Assembly (NCBI RefSeq): GCF_001194135.2 | Contig: NC_068985.1 | Location: 88,056,480 to 88,120,479 of the forward strand | Source: Octopus bimaculoides | Lineage: Eukaryota | Reading direction: 5' to 3' | DNA: 64,000 nucleotides | Shown: positions 1 through 11,245 of the stretch, in pieces | How the letters are laid out: each line of letters opens with the position of its first letter | Numbering within the stretch: position 1 is the stretch's first letter | Translations under genes and position numbers: made by a program | The notes under the pieces: generated by a model | The model's input: the letters and a program-made list of their open reading frames with translations, nothing else | Told to the model about the DNA's origin: nothing | Database searches by the model: none

Positions 1-135
1 ACTGGAGGCATAACATCGCCATCACTAGCGACCACTCAAAACACCATGATGTTGACTGGATATTTGATTTTTATCACTCTCAGTACATGTTTTGGGCACA
101 CAGCAAACACTCATATTGACACCCAAACGCCCTGA
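1..135 (+). CDS. Possible 3' terminal coding exon of an upstream host gene (S/T-rich stretch plus hydrophobic C-terminus)
   Basis: Frame 1 is open from base 1 to TGA at 133-135: TGGITSPSLATTQNTMMLTGYLIFITLSTCFGHTANTHIDTQTP*. AATAAA at 245-250. No homology recognised. Confidence 0.2.
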   Translation, partial: TGGITSPSLATTQNTMMLTGYLIFITLSTCFGHTANTHIDTQTP

Positions 136-354
136 GATATTCAAATTGGAGCTTTCGGCGTGAATGCTAAGCAGTACACCATGTCTTTGCAAAGTTTCTG
201 GTAAAATGAAGTCAAAATCAAAAACAATCAATGCACATGTACGAAATAAAAAAAATATAAAATGGCAACGATATACGTATCGCACACTGTACGTACATGT
301 ATATGTTGAAACCTTTATCTTTTAGCAGAAATGCTAGAAATATTCTGAAGTATG

Positions 355-547
355 TTATTTACATTATTTACATTTGACGGATATTTGTCCTCATCTTGTT
401 TGTTGCTAACATAACGTTTCGGCTGATATACTTTCCAGCCTTTATCAGGTGTTTTGGAGAAATTCCGAAACTGGGTTCTCATTCTAAGAAAAATATTCTT
501 CAAATATAAATGATATAAATAATTCCTCATCTCTAAATATAGACCTG
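355..547. mobile_element. Non-autonomous PLE-type element with hammerhead-like motif, internally deleted copy
   Basis: Flanked by a perfect 14-bp direct repeat TATTCTGAAGTATG (341-354 and 548-561). The minus strand reads ACAC-CTGATAA-AGGCTG..CAGCC-GAAACGTT. The terminus AATTCCTCATCTCTAAATATAGACCTG matches the end of the 57520-57896 copy. Confidence 0.8.
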
Positions 548-764
548 TATTCTGAAGTATGCCGCTCAGTTACATATCTCTGCGAAAATCCTGGTTGCCG
601 ACCCAACCTTCAGATTTCTTTCACAAGGTTTATCAAAGCTGGTGTACCGTTGCAATAAGTGTGTGAATCTGAGAGGGGAATATCTTGAATTAAATCATAA
701 TTAACTGGTCTTCCTGTATTTGCTTATATTCAAAGCCAGAAACTTTTCAGCACGACCTCGTATA

Positions 765-845
765 CATATATACATACATACATACATGCATACATACATA
801 CATACATACATACATATACAGACAGATAGATAGATAGATAGATAT
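765..845. repeat. (ATAC)n/(AGAT)n microsatellite
   Basis: Direct inspection. Confidence 0.9.
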
Positions 846-1379
846 GTAGATAAATGAAATATTACTATAAAGAAAAAGGGTATTGCAAGTGTGCTTGAAT
901 TTCTGTGATGTATATAACAAAATACTGGAAAGAAAGCTGTTATTTATATGGATGGAGTCAGTAGGAAAAGTGTCAATAATTTTTGTTGAGAAAAATGCAC
1001 CAAAGCGACCTTGGGGAGTAGAAAATTAATTAAAATCACTAACAGCATGTTAGATTAAGAAACAGAAATGATTAAATTAGATCAAACACAGACAGTAAGT
1101 TAAGAATAACGAAAGAGACTGAGTGGAACTTACACAAAAACGGATAGAAAGGAATATCGAGAGACGCATAAGGTTAATGGTTATTACATAACTAAATACA
1201 AAAAAGATTAAAAAAACATATGGTAAGGTATTATGCATCAATATTCTAACTGTTCCAATAATAAGATATACTCGTAATATTCGCAACTGGAATGTAAGTG
1301 AATTCACAAGAATAGAAAGCAAAGAAATTAATGAATAATTTATAATGCACCCCGCAAAGTCGCAGCCACAAATGCATTA

Positions 1380-2400
1380 GGTAAAATATAAAGAGAAATT
1401 AATAAAAATAACTACAGAGTTTAGAAAACAATGCAAAAGAAAACCGTTTTCTTTTTTTTTTTGCAAATGGTTGACGTAACAGACATCTGTAAGAAAGTTG
1501 GAGATCAGCAAGAGAAACTATTAAAAAATGTTAAAAGCTGAATTGGAAATGCTACTAGAATATGTGTGATTAGTTTGGCGAAAAAGGCCGCTATATAACC
1601 AATAACCAACAAGACGGAGTAAATTAGAAGTAGACGCAAAGCAACACTTCTTTACTAGCTCGAGGAGCGCGTTCTAAAAAGAGGAGGCATTTATATCTCT
1701 GAAGAAAATTAAAATCTTGCCACCAATAATTTTCACAAGCACGACGAAACTATAAAAATGGCAATTGAACGTGTTTAGGCTGGGAAGGAAAGCACAAATA
1801 TTGTGGCCTTGGAAGGTAAATTAAATCCATCAACTGCATTGTTTACAACTGCTTTGCTTTTGTCGGTACAAATTATGTAGTGAGATGACAGAGATGCTGC
1901 TTATACAGGGGTTGTACAACATAATGAGAACGCCAAGATAATTGACTTTTATCACTGAATAGAGTTGGTTCAACTTTGGTATCAATCATAGTTTTAATAT
2001 GCTTTTTCTCGTTTGGTGATGATGATGGGGCAAAGCCGTTCATCAGATATTTTTATCAAAATCTCTCAAGAAGGGATGAGGCTATTGATAAGATTTTAGT
2101 CCAATTATACAAAAAATTATCTCCAAAAGAAATAGAAAACTCAACCAAACATAAATATTTAGAAATAGTGATAACCCGATTCAGCCGGCTGAAAACAAAT
2201 GAAAACACAACGGACAAATACAAATACATAACGAAACTCACCAGGACTTTTATATATAATGCAGTGAAAATAGCACACCTATACAGTACAAATCAATAAT
2301 AGAGTGCAGTAGAAATATAAAATCATAAAGAAAGCGCTGCACACACCTAAGGCGCACAGAACCGTGCTCTGTCATACCGTGAAAATAGGCAGCAAAATCC
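1380..2400 (+). mobile_element. Highly decayed R4/Dong-like LINE (RT scraps, RLE C-terminus, 3' UTR)
   Basis: ORF 1976-2299 ends KHKYLEIVITRFSRLKT...YITKLTRTFIYNAVKIAHL, resembling the KYKDLE..I.R.W.LK...IYNIQKIALLG tail of the 39.4-40.1 kb copy. 2330-2390 resembles that copy's 3' UTR. Confidence 0.5.
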
Positions 2401-2809
2401 TCATCACCAGAGTAAACCAGAAATTTGATTCTGAAGAATATCCACATCTTTTATTTTCTGAATATCGCAGTTTCATACTTTCAGGTCTACACAGATTCTT
2501 ACTATTCTAACGATTAAAAAAAAACAAAAAAAAACATTCTTACTAGATGTTAAGTAATTTGCTTTTTCCCAATTTATTTTGAATATTCTCATTTTGTTAT
2601 TGTCATTTTTACTTCTTTGCATTCATTTCCGAGATTTTTCTTCAAATTGAAACTGTAGTTTTACATTTCAATACCTTTCTTAACTGTTTACCCTTCGAAA
2701 ACATTTTAATGTCAAACAAAATGTTTACGTTGTAGGCGATTGTTCACTCCGGGCAGCCATAACAAATCCGATTTCTTTGTATCAAAAAATAAATTACACT
2801 CTGTGAACT

Positions 2810-2970
2810 TACCTTTTTAATCCTTACTGTCTGCTTTTATAACTGGGCATTCTAGTCTAATTTCCTTTATATTCCCCTTGATGTTTTCTGATATTGTTCC
2901 CAAGGACCCAACAATAATTGGCACAGTCTCTATTATCCATACCCGGGTTATATCGTACTTAAGAGGTTGC
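2810..2970 (-). mobile_element. R4/Dong-like LINE, RLE C-terminal fragment
   Basis: Minus-strand translation LKYDITRVWIIETVPIIVGSLGTISENIKGNIKEIRLECPV matches the conserved VP.VIGALG motif. Confidence 0.7.
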
Positions 2971-2971
<1 letters not shown>

Positions 2972-3020
<49 letters not shown>

Positions 3021-3030
3021 TAATAATAAT
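2972..3030. repeat. (TAA)n microsatellite
   Basis: Direct inspection. Confidence 0.95.
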
Positions 3031-3560
3031 TTTATCCGGCGATAAAAACAAACAATTTAAGGAAAAATGTATATGGGGATAATACCTCAGAAAATGTAGA
3101 ATCAGTGGAACGTGGAACAAGACAGAAGTACACAATTTTGCAGAGTGCCCTAACTTGGCACAGGAGAAATATGAGAAAATGAGATTGTAAAAGTTTAATA
3201 CTGGAAGCTTTGTCAGAAATGGAGATTTAAAGCTATAGATATATGGTATGAAGATTAGGTCGAAAGATTGCCGGAGTTGGAGAATTGTGAAATCTTGTGA
3301 GACTTACTTTTTCAAACGGACAAGAAACCAGACAAAATAGACCGGACATAACAATAATAAACAAGGAAAAGTGAAGTCGCTTATTAATTGCTACATCATG
3401 TCCATTTAGTTCCAGGATCGTGAATAAAGAAAATGAAAAACATACAATCCCTTAAAATTTGAAATTGTAAGAATTAGGAATATGAAAACTGTAAGAGTTG
3501 TGCCTATAGCAATGGGTGTATTGGGAATTGTAAGTAAAGATATAAATATAGGCGCCATGT
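3031..3560 (+). mobile_element. R4/Dong-like LINE fragment (zinc knuckle plus RLE)
   Basis: Frameshifted translation: C.NLAQEKYEK..., WYE...ENCEIL*DLLFQTDK..RPDITIINKEK, LKFEIVRIRNMKTVRVVPIAMGVLGIVSK. Confidence 0.75.
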
Positions 3561-4184
3561 TCATCGCTCTAACAAAAAAACCCTTAGGCTGGGATCCTTT
3601 GAGCAGTGTAAGCTACTCGATGATAAAAATTAGAATAACCGTGTAAATGTGATTGAATCTTCTTATAAAAATATCTAAAAATCTTCCAGTATAGGTCGTC
3701 AATCTATGAATTCCTCAGAGCGTTGAGAAGGCTAGAAGTAGCAAAACAAAGACATGTAAAAAAATCCTGAAAGTACGAATAATATTTCCGCAAAGATGTT
3801 ATGAAAACAATATGTTTCACATGTGAATTTAGCATGAAATTGGAACCTGATGTTTGCAAAATAAAATAAAAATTGCTTGAGTGTATGAAAAAAAATATAA
3901 AGAAACGATCAACCACCATGAACTGAAATGTTGGTGCTTGGATGAAAACAAGTTGACACGTTGATGAATAGCGTTCGAGGATTCAGACAATATAGAAGAA
4001 TAGATTCGGTCATTATAAAGTGTGATATCCTTACTATGAAGAGTGTAAAACTCATGCCAAAAATTAAAAAAAACCGAATTTGCTACAAAGAAAGATATAA
4101 ACGGCATTGTTAAGTAAACAGAGAACAGTTGAGTGCTCAGCTGCTTTGGGAGCTACCAAAATTAAATATAACACAATTGTTTCT

Positions 4185-4385
4185 ATTATAGGCACAAGGC
4201 CTGCAATTTCTGGGGAGGGTGCAACTGGATTCTATCAGCTCCAATTCTTGACTGACGCTTATTCGATCGACACCGAAAGGAAGAAACGTAAAGACGACCT
4301 CGGTGGATTTTGATCTCTTAACGTAACAACACACGAAATGCGGCTAATAGTTTCTTCGGCGTGCAAACGGTTTTGCCGGCACCAT
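4185..4385 (-). mobile_element. tRNA-derived SINE family 1, degenerate
   Basis: Reverse complement resembles 10531-10760 (ggcacaaggcc...atcgac.ccgaaagga...gacctcgg). Confidence 0.65.
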
Positions 4386-4599
4386 GATTTATTATGGTAT
4401 AAGGAAGAAATCACTGTAAGGTGAATATAAATGTTTGACTAAGTTTTCAGCGAAGCGTTAAAGACGCTATCACAGCTATCGACATACATGTTGGCGCCAT
4501 TAACTGCAACATCGATGAAGTACGATACATGGGTAGAAAATCTAAAAAAAACTGTTGACGATATATGATTCATAAAATGTTGATTTTGATGGACTGCAT

Positions 4600-5690
4600 T
4601 GGATACCATATATATGATTGTAGATGGCTGAGCTATAAACAGCGTAGAAAATCATGTGTTAAGGCTGAGATGCAGTAAAAGCATCTCTAAGTCAGAAAGG
4701 AAATAAAGTAAACAAAGTAAAAAAAAATGCCGAGAGCAATATTAAAAGGAAAAAAGATATTCCGGAAAGGAGAATGATGATATTACTGGAAGCAACAAGG
4801 AAAAGTGAACGGAAGAAGAATACAAGAAATTATCTGCTAGAACACTGCATTTTCAAGGATTTTGTCTTGAAGATGCTGTAAAAGGAAAGGGGTGGGAAGA
4901 AATTTCCATAGAAGGTAGGGCCATGTCAGCCGAGGAAGAAAGCATATGTACACGAATAATCAGAAAGTTAAATAATTTTGATATGTCAACGCTATGTTGA
5001 TTATATGGTGAAAAAGGAGAAACTGCCGCTCGCTTGGCATCAGAGAGTAAGGACCTGGCACAGGTGCTATAAAGAGGAAACTCTATTAAAATATATCTAG
5101 AAGAATCAGAAAAGTAAACTGTATATTCACCAACGAAATTGGACGAACATGAATGGCAAAACTCGTACAGAAGATTACACTCCAAACAGACATTGCAGTG
5201 GAGCACTCAATGCCAGAAATTCTTTTAGTATAGAAAAATTCTAAAAGTAAAAATAAATAATAAAACTAGAACTTATAGGATAGTGAATGTAGTCTGCCAT
5301 TGTGAAGTCAGAAAAGAAATTGAGAAGATAAATAAATACCATAAAGTAAAGTGATTACTAAAATGACGTTGAAATTCTAGAGAGATGATAGTAATTTCTG
5401 GTGTATTTGATTAGGTGGGGCAGTGTCTGAGGACATCGCCAAATGGCTCTCTATTATTATTGTATCAATAAATTTTCTGTCACTACTAAAGAGACACACC
5501 CTCGGTATGTTCACAACTTTAACTGATATAAAAAGGAAGGTCGATAGCGAAAATGAATTGATCAAAACTAAAAAATGTGTAAAAATAAGTATGATTATCA
5601 GGCGACGTTTGAATGAATAAAGATATTCCGCAAAGGGCTTCTACATGAGGTAGAGTGCTGTGTTTAGTGAGAAACTGCAGCTGAGGTTTT
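4600..5690 (+). mobile_element. Decayed R4/Dong-like LINE pieces (zinc knuckle region and RT domain)
   Basis: EISIEGRAMSAEEESICTRII..STLC*LYGEKGETAARLASESKDLAQ (CRLC..K.ET..HL.S.C..LAQ motif) at 4900-5080. RT-like WLSIIIVSINFLSLLK..DIKRKVDSENELI at 5440-5600. Followed by (TAA)n. Confidence 0.55.
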
Positions 5691-5694
5691 AGGA

Positions 5695-5853
<159 letters not shown>

Positions 5854-6488
5854 NNNNNNNNNNNNNNNNNNNNNNNNNNNNNNNNNNNNNNNNNNNNNNN
5901 NNNNNNNNNNNNNNNNNNNNNNNNNNNNNNNNNNNNNNNNNNNNNNNNNNNNNNNNNNNNNNNNNNNNNNNNNNNNNNNNNNNNNNNNNNNNNNNNNNNN
6001 NNNNNNNNNNNNNNNNNNNNNNNNNNNNNNNNNNNNNNNNNNNNNNNNNNNNNNNNNNNNNNNNNNNNNNNNNNNNNNNNNNNNNNNNNNNNNNNNNNNN
6101 NNNNNNNNNNNNNNNNNNNNNNNNNNNNNNNNNNNNNNNNNNNNNNNNNNNNNNNNNNNNNNNNNNNNNNNNNNNNNNNNNNNNNNNNNNNNNNNNNNNN
6201 NNNNNNNNNNNNNNNNNNNNNNNNNNNNNNNNNNNNNNNNNNNNNNNNNNNNNNNNNNNNNNNNNNNNNNNNNNNNNNNNNNNNNNNNNNNNNNNNNNNN
6301 NNNNNNNNNNNNNNNNNNNNNNNNNNNNNNNNNNNNNNNNNNNNNNNNNNNNNNNNNNNNNNNNNNNNNNNNNNNNNNNNNNNNNNNNNNNNNNNNNNNN
6401 NNNNNNNNNNNNNNNNNNNNNNNNNNNNNNNNNNNNNNNNNNNNNNNNNNNNNNNNNNNNNNNNNNNNNNNNNNNNNNNNNNNNNNNN
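5854..6488. other. Assembly gap (N)
   Basis: N run. Confidence 1.
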
Positions 6489-6845
6489 AATACCTATTGT
6501 CATAGGTGCCCTGGGAATGACAGCGAAACGGGTTGATTACTACCTAGATCAGATTCCAGGAAACCCCAAAATCGCTGAAGTTCAAAAGATAGTGCTCATG
6601 GGAACTGCCCATATCCTACGTAAAATACTGTCTATGTGATCTCAAATTTTAAAGCAAACACATAATTTTCTTATGGTTTCTTAAACATTCACTTGAACAA
6701 AACTGTTCAAATCCAAATATATGGTACCCTAGGCATAACACCTACATGAACTTCTAACTTGTTGTCTCTTGAGGTCTCTGGGTGAGACTTGGATCCAACT
6801 TGTACAAATGCAAAACAAAAGTCAAACATAAAATAATAATAATAA
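6489..6845 (+). mobile_element. R4/Dong-like LINE 3' end (well preserved) with 3' UTR ending in (TAA)n
   Basis: Open frame 6490-6639: IPIVIGALGMTAKRVDYYLDQIPGNPKIAEVQKIVLMGTAHILRKILSM*. Then ~195 bp of UTR and aaaataataataataa. Confidence 0.9.
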
Positions 6846-8075
6846 CGTTCATGGCTTCTCATTTAAACTGTTTCGTGACTTCTCTTCTGAACTCTTTCAT
6901 GGCTTCTGATCTTAACTGATTGGAAGTATTATCATGTATATTGCTTTGTCTTGGTATACAAGATGAGCTACAGCAAATATTCTGCTAAATACCACAGATT
7001 TTGATCCATATGAGCCGATAAGGCTCATATGGATGCAAAGACCAAGTCTTAATCAATCGCGTCATCCTTTAGACCTGTCATAACAAACTCAGAAATCTCA
7101 TTTCTGCATGGAATGATTATAAAAAGAACTTTGACTATATACTGCATCCAGGGACCTTGAAATCGCTGGATATCTACAATTTTTTTCTTGTGATTTCAAA
7201 CTTCCTGAAGCACATATCAATGTGGAATACGAATCTCCAACTATAGCGCTCTAATGGAGTACTGACCATATTAGCAGTTCCGGTTGTTATTTACAGTTTC
7301 AATACTTTGAACTGGAATATAAGCGAAATAAGGAAGACTGACAGGAAAATCTGTAAGCTGCTAACTTGCAATAAGATGCACCACCCACAGGCAGACGCAT
7401 ATCGTCGTTACATACCCAGAGCTAAAGGCAGTCGAGGCTTCATCCAATTTGAAATCTCTCACAAAACCACCACAAATGGACTGGCAAGTTATCTTGAAAC
7501 ATCAAACGACTGGATGCTAAACCCCGTTGAAAACCTTGAAAGACGTAAGCGGCTACATTGTTTTGAACGAAAACAAAAAAAATTCAAGTGAGTTAGTGCA
7601 TGATACCCAGGTTGAACAGCATGATCGAAGTGCAGCAGCAAAGCAAAATGCGTTTGAAAAATTGGCTGATAGGTGTGAACAAAAACCTCTGCCTGGCATA
7701 TATGTGGTCCGTAGCAAACAAGCTGATGTACACCAGAAACACACCCATAAGCAGCTCAGGGCTAAAGTTAGAGAATAAAGGATTTATCTTGTGTTAATCG
7801 GAGTTTATTGACCCGGAACTATCAAGCCAATGTGATGACTAACTGTGTAGACCCAAATGCTGATACTGCAACGATGGGATAGAAACAGTGGATCACCTAA
7901 TCTCTGGATGTAAGGTTTTAACATCTGTAGAGTACAAATCAAGTCATGACACAGTTGGCTAATATCCACATTGGATAATGTGTCGGCATTTCAAAATCAA
8001 AATTGCTGACAAATGGTACAAACGGCCACGCTGAGACTGTAACTCAGGAAGAAAATGACTATTCTTGGTAGAAAT
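6846..8075 (+). mobile_element. R4/Dong-like LINE: 5' module joined to internally deleted RT and zinc knuckle
   Basis: GSYGCKDQVLINR.., NLISAWNDYKKNFD, AVPVVIYSFNTLNWNISEIRKTDRKICKLLTCNKMHHPQADAYRRYIPRAKGSRGFIQFE, ETVDHLISGCKVL..VEYKSSHD. Confidence 0.85.
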
Positions 8076-8109
8076 TGTGTGAAGTTAGGTATCCATAGGT
8101 TTTCAGCAG

Positions 8110-9040
8110 TCTTTCAAGTGCTTAGAACCCTCCTGATAATCCTTGCTGTCCGTAAGAGAAAACTTTCTGTAAGAGCTCTAACGGACATTCTATTTCAGAC
8201 TCCCTCAGCCATTTGTCTATACGTTGGCTTACTGTTCCCGACACATCAAGTTCAAAAGTCACAACCGTTACTGTTCTCATGCTCCATATTCTTCGTATTT
8301 CAAATTTTAAAGGATTGTGTTTTTTTTATTCTTTCTTTACAATCCTGCAATGAAACGGGCATGAGTATGCAACTTAGCCTTTTCTTATCAAAATTAGTTA
8401 TACCTGGTCTATTATTTTCTAAATTCTTATCCGTTTGAATATGAAACTTCCTCAAAAATCTTACATTTCTTTGACTCCATTACTCTTTCGACTCGATCAT
8501 GGTACCTTGTGTTGTGAGAATCACATTTTCATTTCCGATACAGCCTCCAGTATGACACTTTTACAACCTAATCGCCTTTTCTTATATTGTTCCTTGCCAA
8601 CTTGGGGCTGTGCAGCAGGGCAACCTCACATTAAGATAAACAGTGCATGACATTGGAAGTTGGGCACAATCAGAAAATTCTTGAAATCGAGTAACACATA
8701 CTGCTGAAAATGTCCCTGACTAAGGGCAGTTGAAGGTCGATGAATGAAACACCCATGTTTCCAGTGGTGAGTTATTCAAACCCCAAAGAATTATTCCCAG
8801 CACGTGGCTATGATTCTCCATACTACTCCTGCTCACGATCAGATATACACATATTGTTAGGCACTAATAGGCATGCTCAACTATTTATGGTCAAGGAACT
8901 GAAGAGCAAATCTTTGGTACTGAGCAGAATATTTGTTCTAGTCCAACTTTTATACAAGGACAAAACATGTACATGTTTAGACTTCCAATCTTTTAAGATG
9001 TTAATCGACGAAATCCGCTTCCTGGTACTGTATAGGAATC
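8110..9040 (-). mobile_element. R4/Dong-like LINE on minus strand: 5' module joined to zinc knuckle/RLE 3' part
   Basis: Minus strand reads KEQYKKR.., YHDRVERVMESKKCKIF.., IQTDKNLENNRPGIT.FDK, and ..LRTARIIRRVLST*. 8908-8999 is an inverted homologue of 6908-7001. Confidence 0.75.
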
Positions 9041-9129
9041 TTCTTCTTCGTCTTCTTCTTCTTCTTCTTCTTCTTCTTCTTCTTCTTCTTCTTCTTCTTC
9101 TTCTTCTTCTTCTTCTTCTTCTTCTTCTT

Positions 9130-9215
<86 letters not shown>

Positions 9216-9236
9216 CATTACTATTATTATTATTAT
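9041..9236. repeat. Compound (CTT)n-(ATT)n microsatellite
   Basis: Direct inspection. Confidence 0.95.
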
Positions 9237-9429
9237 GTTGTTTCTGAGAGCACTCGGTTTCGTTTGCTGTGTTAGATTCTGTGAGAACGGACGGCATACT
9301 GCTGTCATAGTTTTCACAGTTTCTCTTTCCACCCATTATAAGCCTTGATAATTGGTTGTTAATTATCGTGAGAGAGATTCAACATCCAAATGCCAATCTG
9401 AAAATCATAGCTGTCCCCAACAGTTCAGG

Positions 9430-9650
9430 CGGAGACTTGAAAGAATCGTTAGCATATCGGGCAAAATTCTTAGCGGCATTTCATCAGCGTTCATGTTCTG
9501 ATTTCTAATGTCGGCGGTCGCCTTTGCCTTTTCTCTTTTCGGGGTCGATAAAATGTGTACCAGATGAGCATTGGGGACGATATGATCACCTTACCCTTCC
9601 CCCGAAACTGCTGGCCTTGTGCCCAAATTTGAAATCATTATTTTTATTGT
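9430..9650 (+). mobile_element. SINE family 1, degenerate
   Basis: ctttgcctttt..ttcggggtcgataaaat..taccag..ggccttgtgcccaaatttgaaa matches the 10.5 kb copy. Confidence 0.7.
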
Positions 9651-9824
9651 TATTATTCACCAAAATGGAAAATAATCGAATGGAACAAATATTGTTCAGT
9701 TTCATATAAATAAACAAGAAAAAATATAATTATGTATAATATAAAAGTAGATGAAAATTAAATCAATAACACACAAAAACAAAATTTGGGGGAAATAAGA
9801 AAAAATAAAAGATACATACATATG

Positions 9825-9915
9825 CACCCCCACATACATGCTTACACACAAATACACGCACACATACACGCATACATACACGCATACATACACGCACACA
9901 TACACACACACACTC
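9825..9915. repeat. (CATACACG)n-like / CA-rich repeat
   Basis: Direct inspection. Confidence 0.8.
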
Positions 9916-10530
9916 ATATAAAGTAATATTTATAAGAAAACATCTTGAAGCTATGGTTGGTGAAAGTAAGAAGTATATTCCAAATAAAGTTGAGAATTTT
10001 TGGTAAAATCTTAAAATAGTGCTGTTTTGTTGCCGTAAGGTATAATTATTGATTAACAAGATAATCTTTTATAACTAATCACTTTTGTTTATCATTCCAG
10101 CGGTAAACACGTCTTGACGTAGAAATCATTAAAGACCTACTAATAGAGCAATAATTACGGTTGATATAATCAGGGAAAATAGTAATTTTCAAGGAAATAG
10201 ATTATTTGGTAGCAAAACACTGCATATATTGACCATTAGCTCAGACCATTTTAGATTTACAGGACTTTAGAATCTTTCCACTGTGATTCAATATGTTCGG
10301 CTTAAGATGATTTTGTTTATCGAGCTAAACAAAGTCTGAATACTCTCGCATAAATTATTGTTACGTCTTTTACAGAAAGCGGTTTGGTGTGTCAGATATG
10401 TTAAAATCTGTGGTACTATATACTACGTATGAAGAATAATTAGTTTTTATAATTTTCACCTCAAGACTGTTCTGAGTAATAAGAGTTAAGAGCAGACTGG
10501 TTTCAGCTACAATTATACTGATTTTTCTAA

Positions 10531-10905
10531 AGCGGCGAGCTGGCAGAAATGTTAGGACGCTGGGCGAAATGCTTAGCGGTATTTCGTCTGCCGTTACGTT
10601 CTGAGTTCAAATTCAGCCGAGGTCGACTTTGCCTTTCATCCTTTCGGGGTCGATAAAGTAAGTACCAGTTACGCACTGGGGTCGATGTAATCGACTTAAT
10701 CCGTTCGTCTGTTCTTGTTTGTTCCCTCTATGTTTAGCCCCTCGTGGGCAATAACGAAATAGGTATTTCGTCTGCCGTTACACTGTGAGTTCAAATTCCG
10801 CCGAGGTCGACTTTGCTTTACATACTTTTGGGGCCGATAAATTAAGTACCAGTTGCGTACTGGGGTTGACTGGTCCCCTCTCCCAAAATATTGGGCCTTT
10901 ATAAA
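10531..10905 (+). mobile_element. tRNA-derived SINE family 1, near full length with tandem duplicated body (dimer)
   Basis: Head ggcgagctggcagaaatgttag with B-box-like GAGTTCAAATTC. The body ggtatttcgtctgccgttac...aagtaccagt occurs twice (10578-10680 and 10762-10865). Confidence 0.9.
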
Positions 10906-10984
10906 AGATTATACAGGATTTCACTACAGAAAATTAATGTATTTAGGTAAGATTCGATATGGGATCCGCTCTTTAGAGTCTAAA

Positions 10985-11245
10985 TTATCTTGTTTCACTC
11001 AGTAGACAGCGGTCATGCTGGGGTACTGTCTTCAATAATTTTAGATGAAAGAATCAAATCCAGTCCTTCTCTTCTTAAGTCCGTTACTTATTCGCTCGCT
11101 AAGTTACGGAGATGTAAACATACGAATGCAAGTTTTTAAGATGTGGTGGGGAACAAAGAGGAATACAATGACACGCGCACACACACACACATGAAAGGTT
11201 TCTTTCAGTTTCCGTTTACCGAATCCACTGGAAAATATTTGGTCA
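10985..11245 (-). mobile_element. SINE family 2 fragment
   Basis: cggtcatgctgggg.., gctaagttacggagatgtaaac.., ttctttcagtttccgtttaccgaatccact shared with the 25.2, 37.2, 54.0 and 61.2 kb copies. Confidence 0.7.

Noticed and set aside
8740-9348. 202-aa ORF with poly-Leu/poly-Ile (and poly-Arg/poly-Lys on the other strand)
   Set aside because: It is the antisense of a repeat module plus the (CTT)n(ATT)n microsatellite, not a membrane protein.
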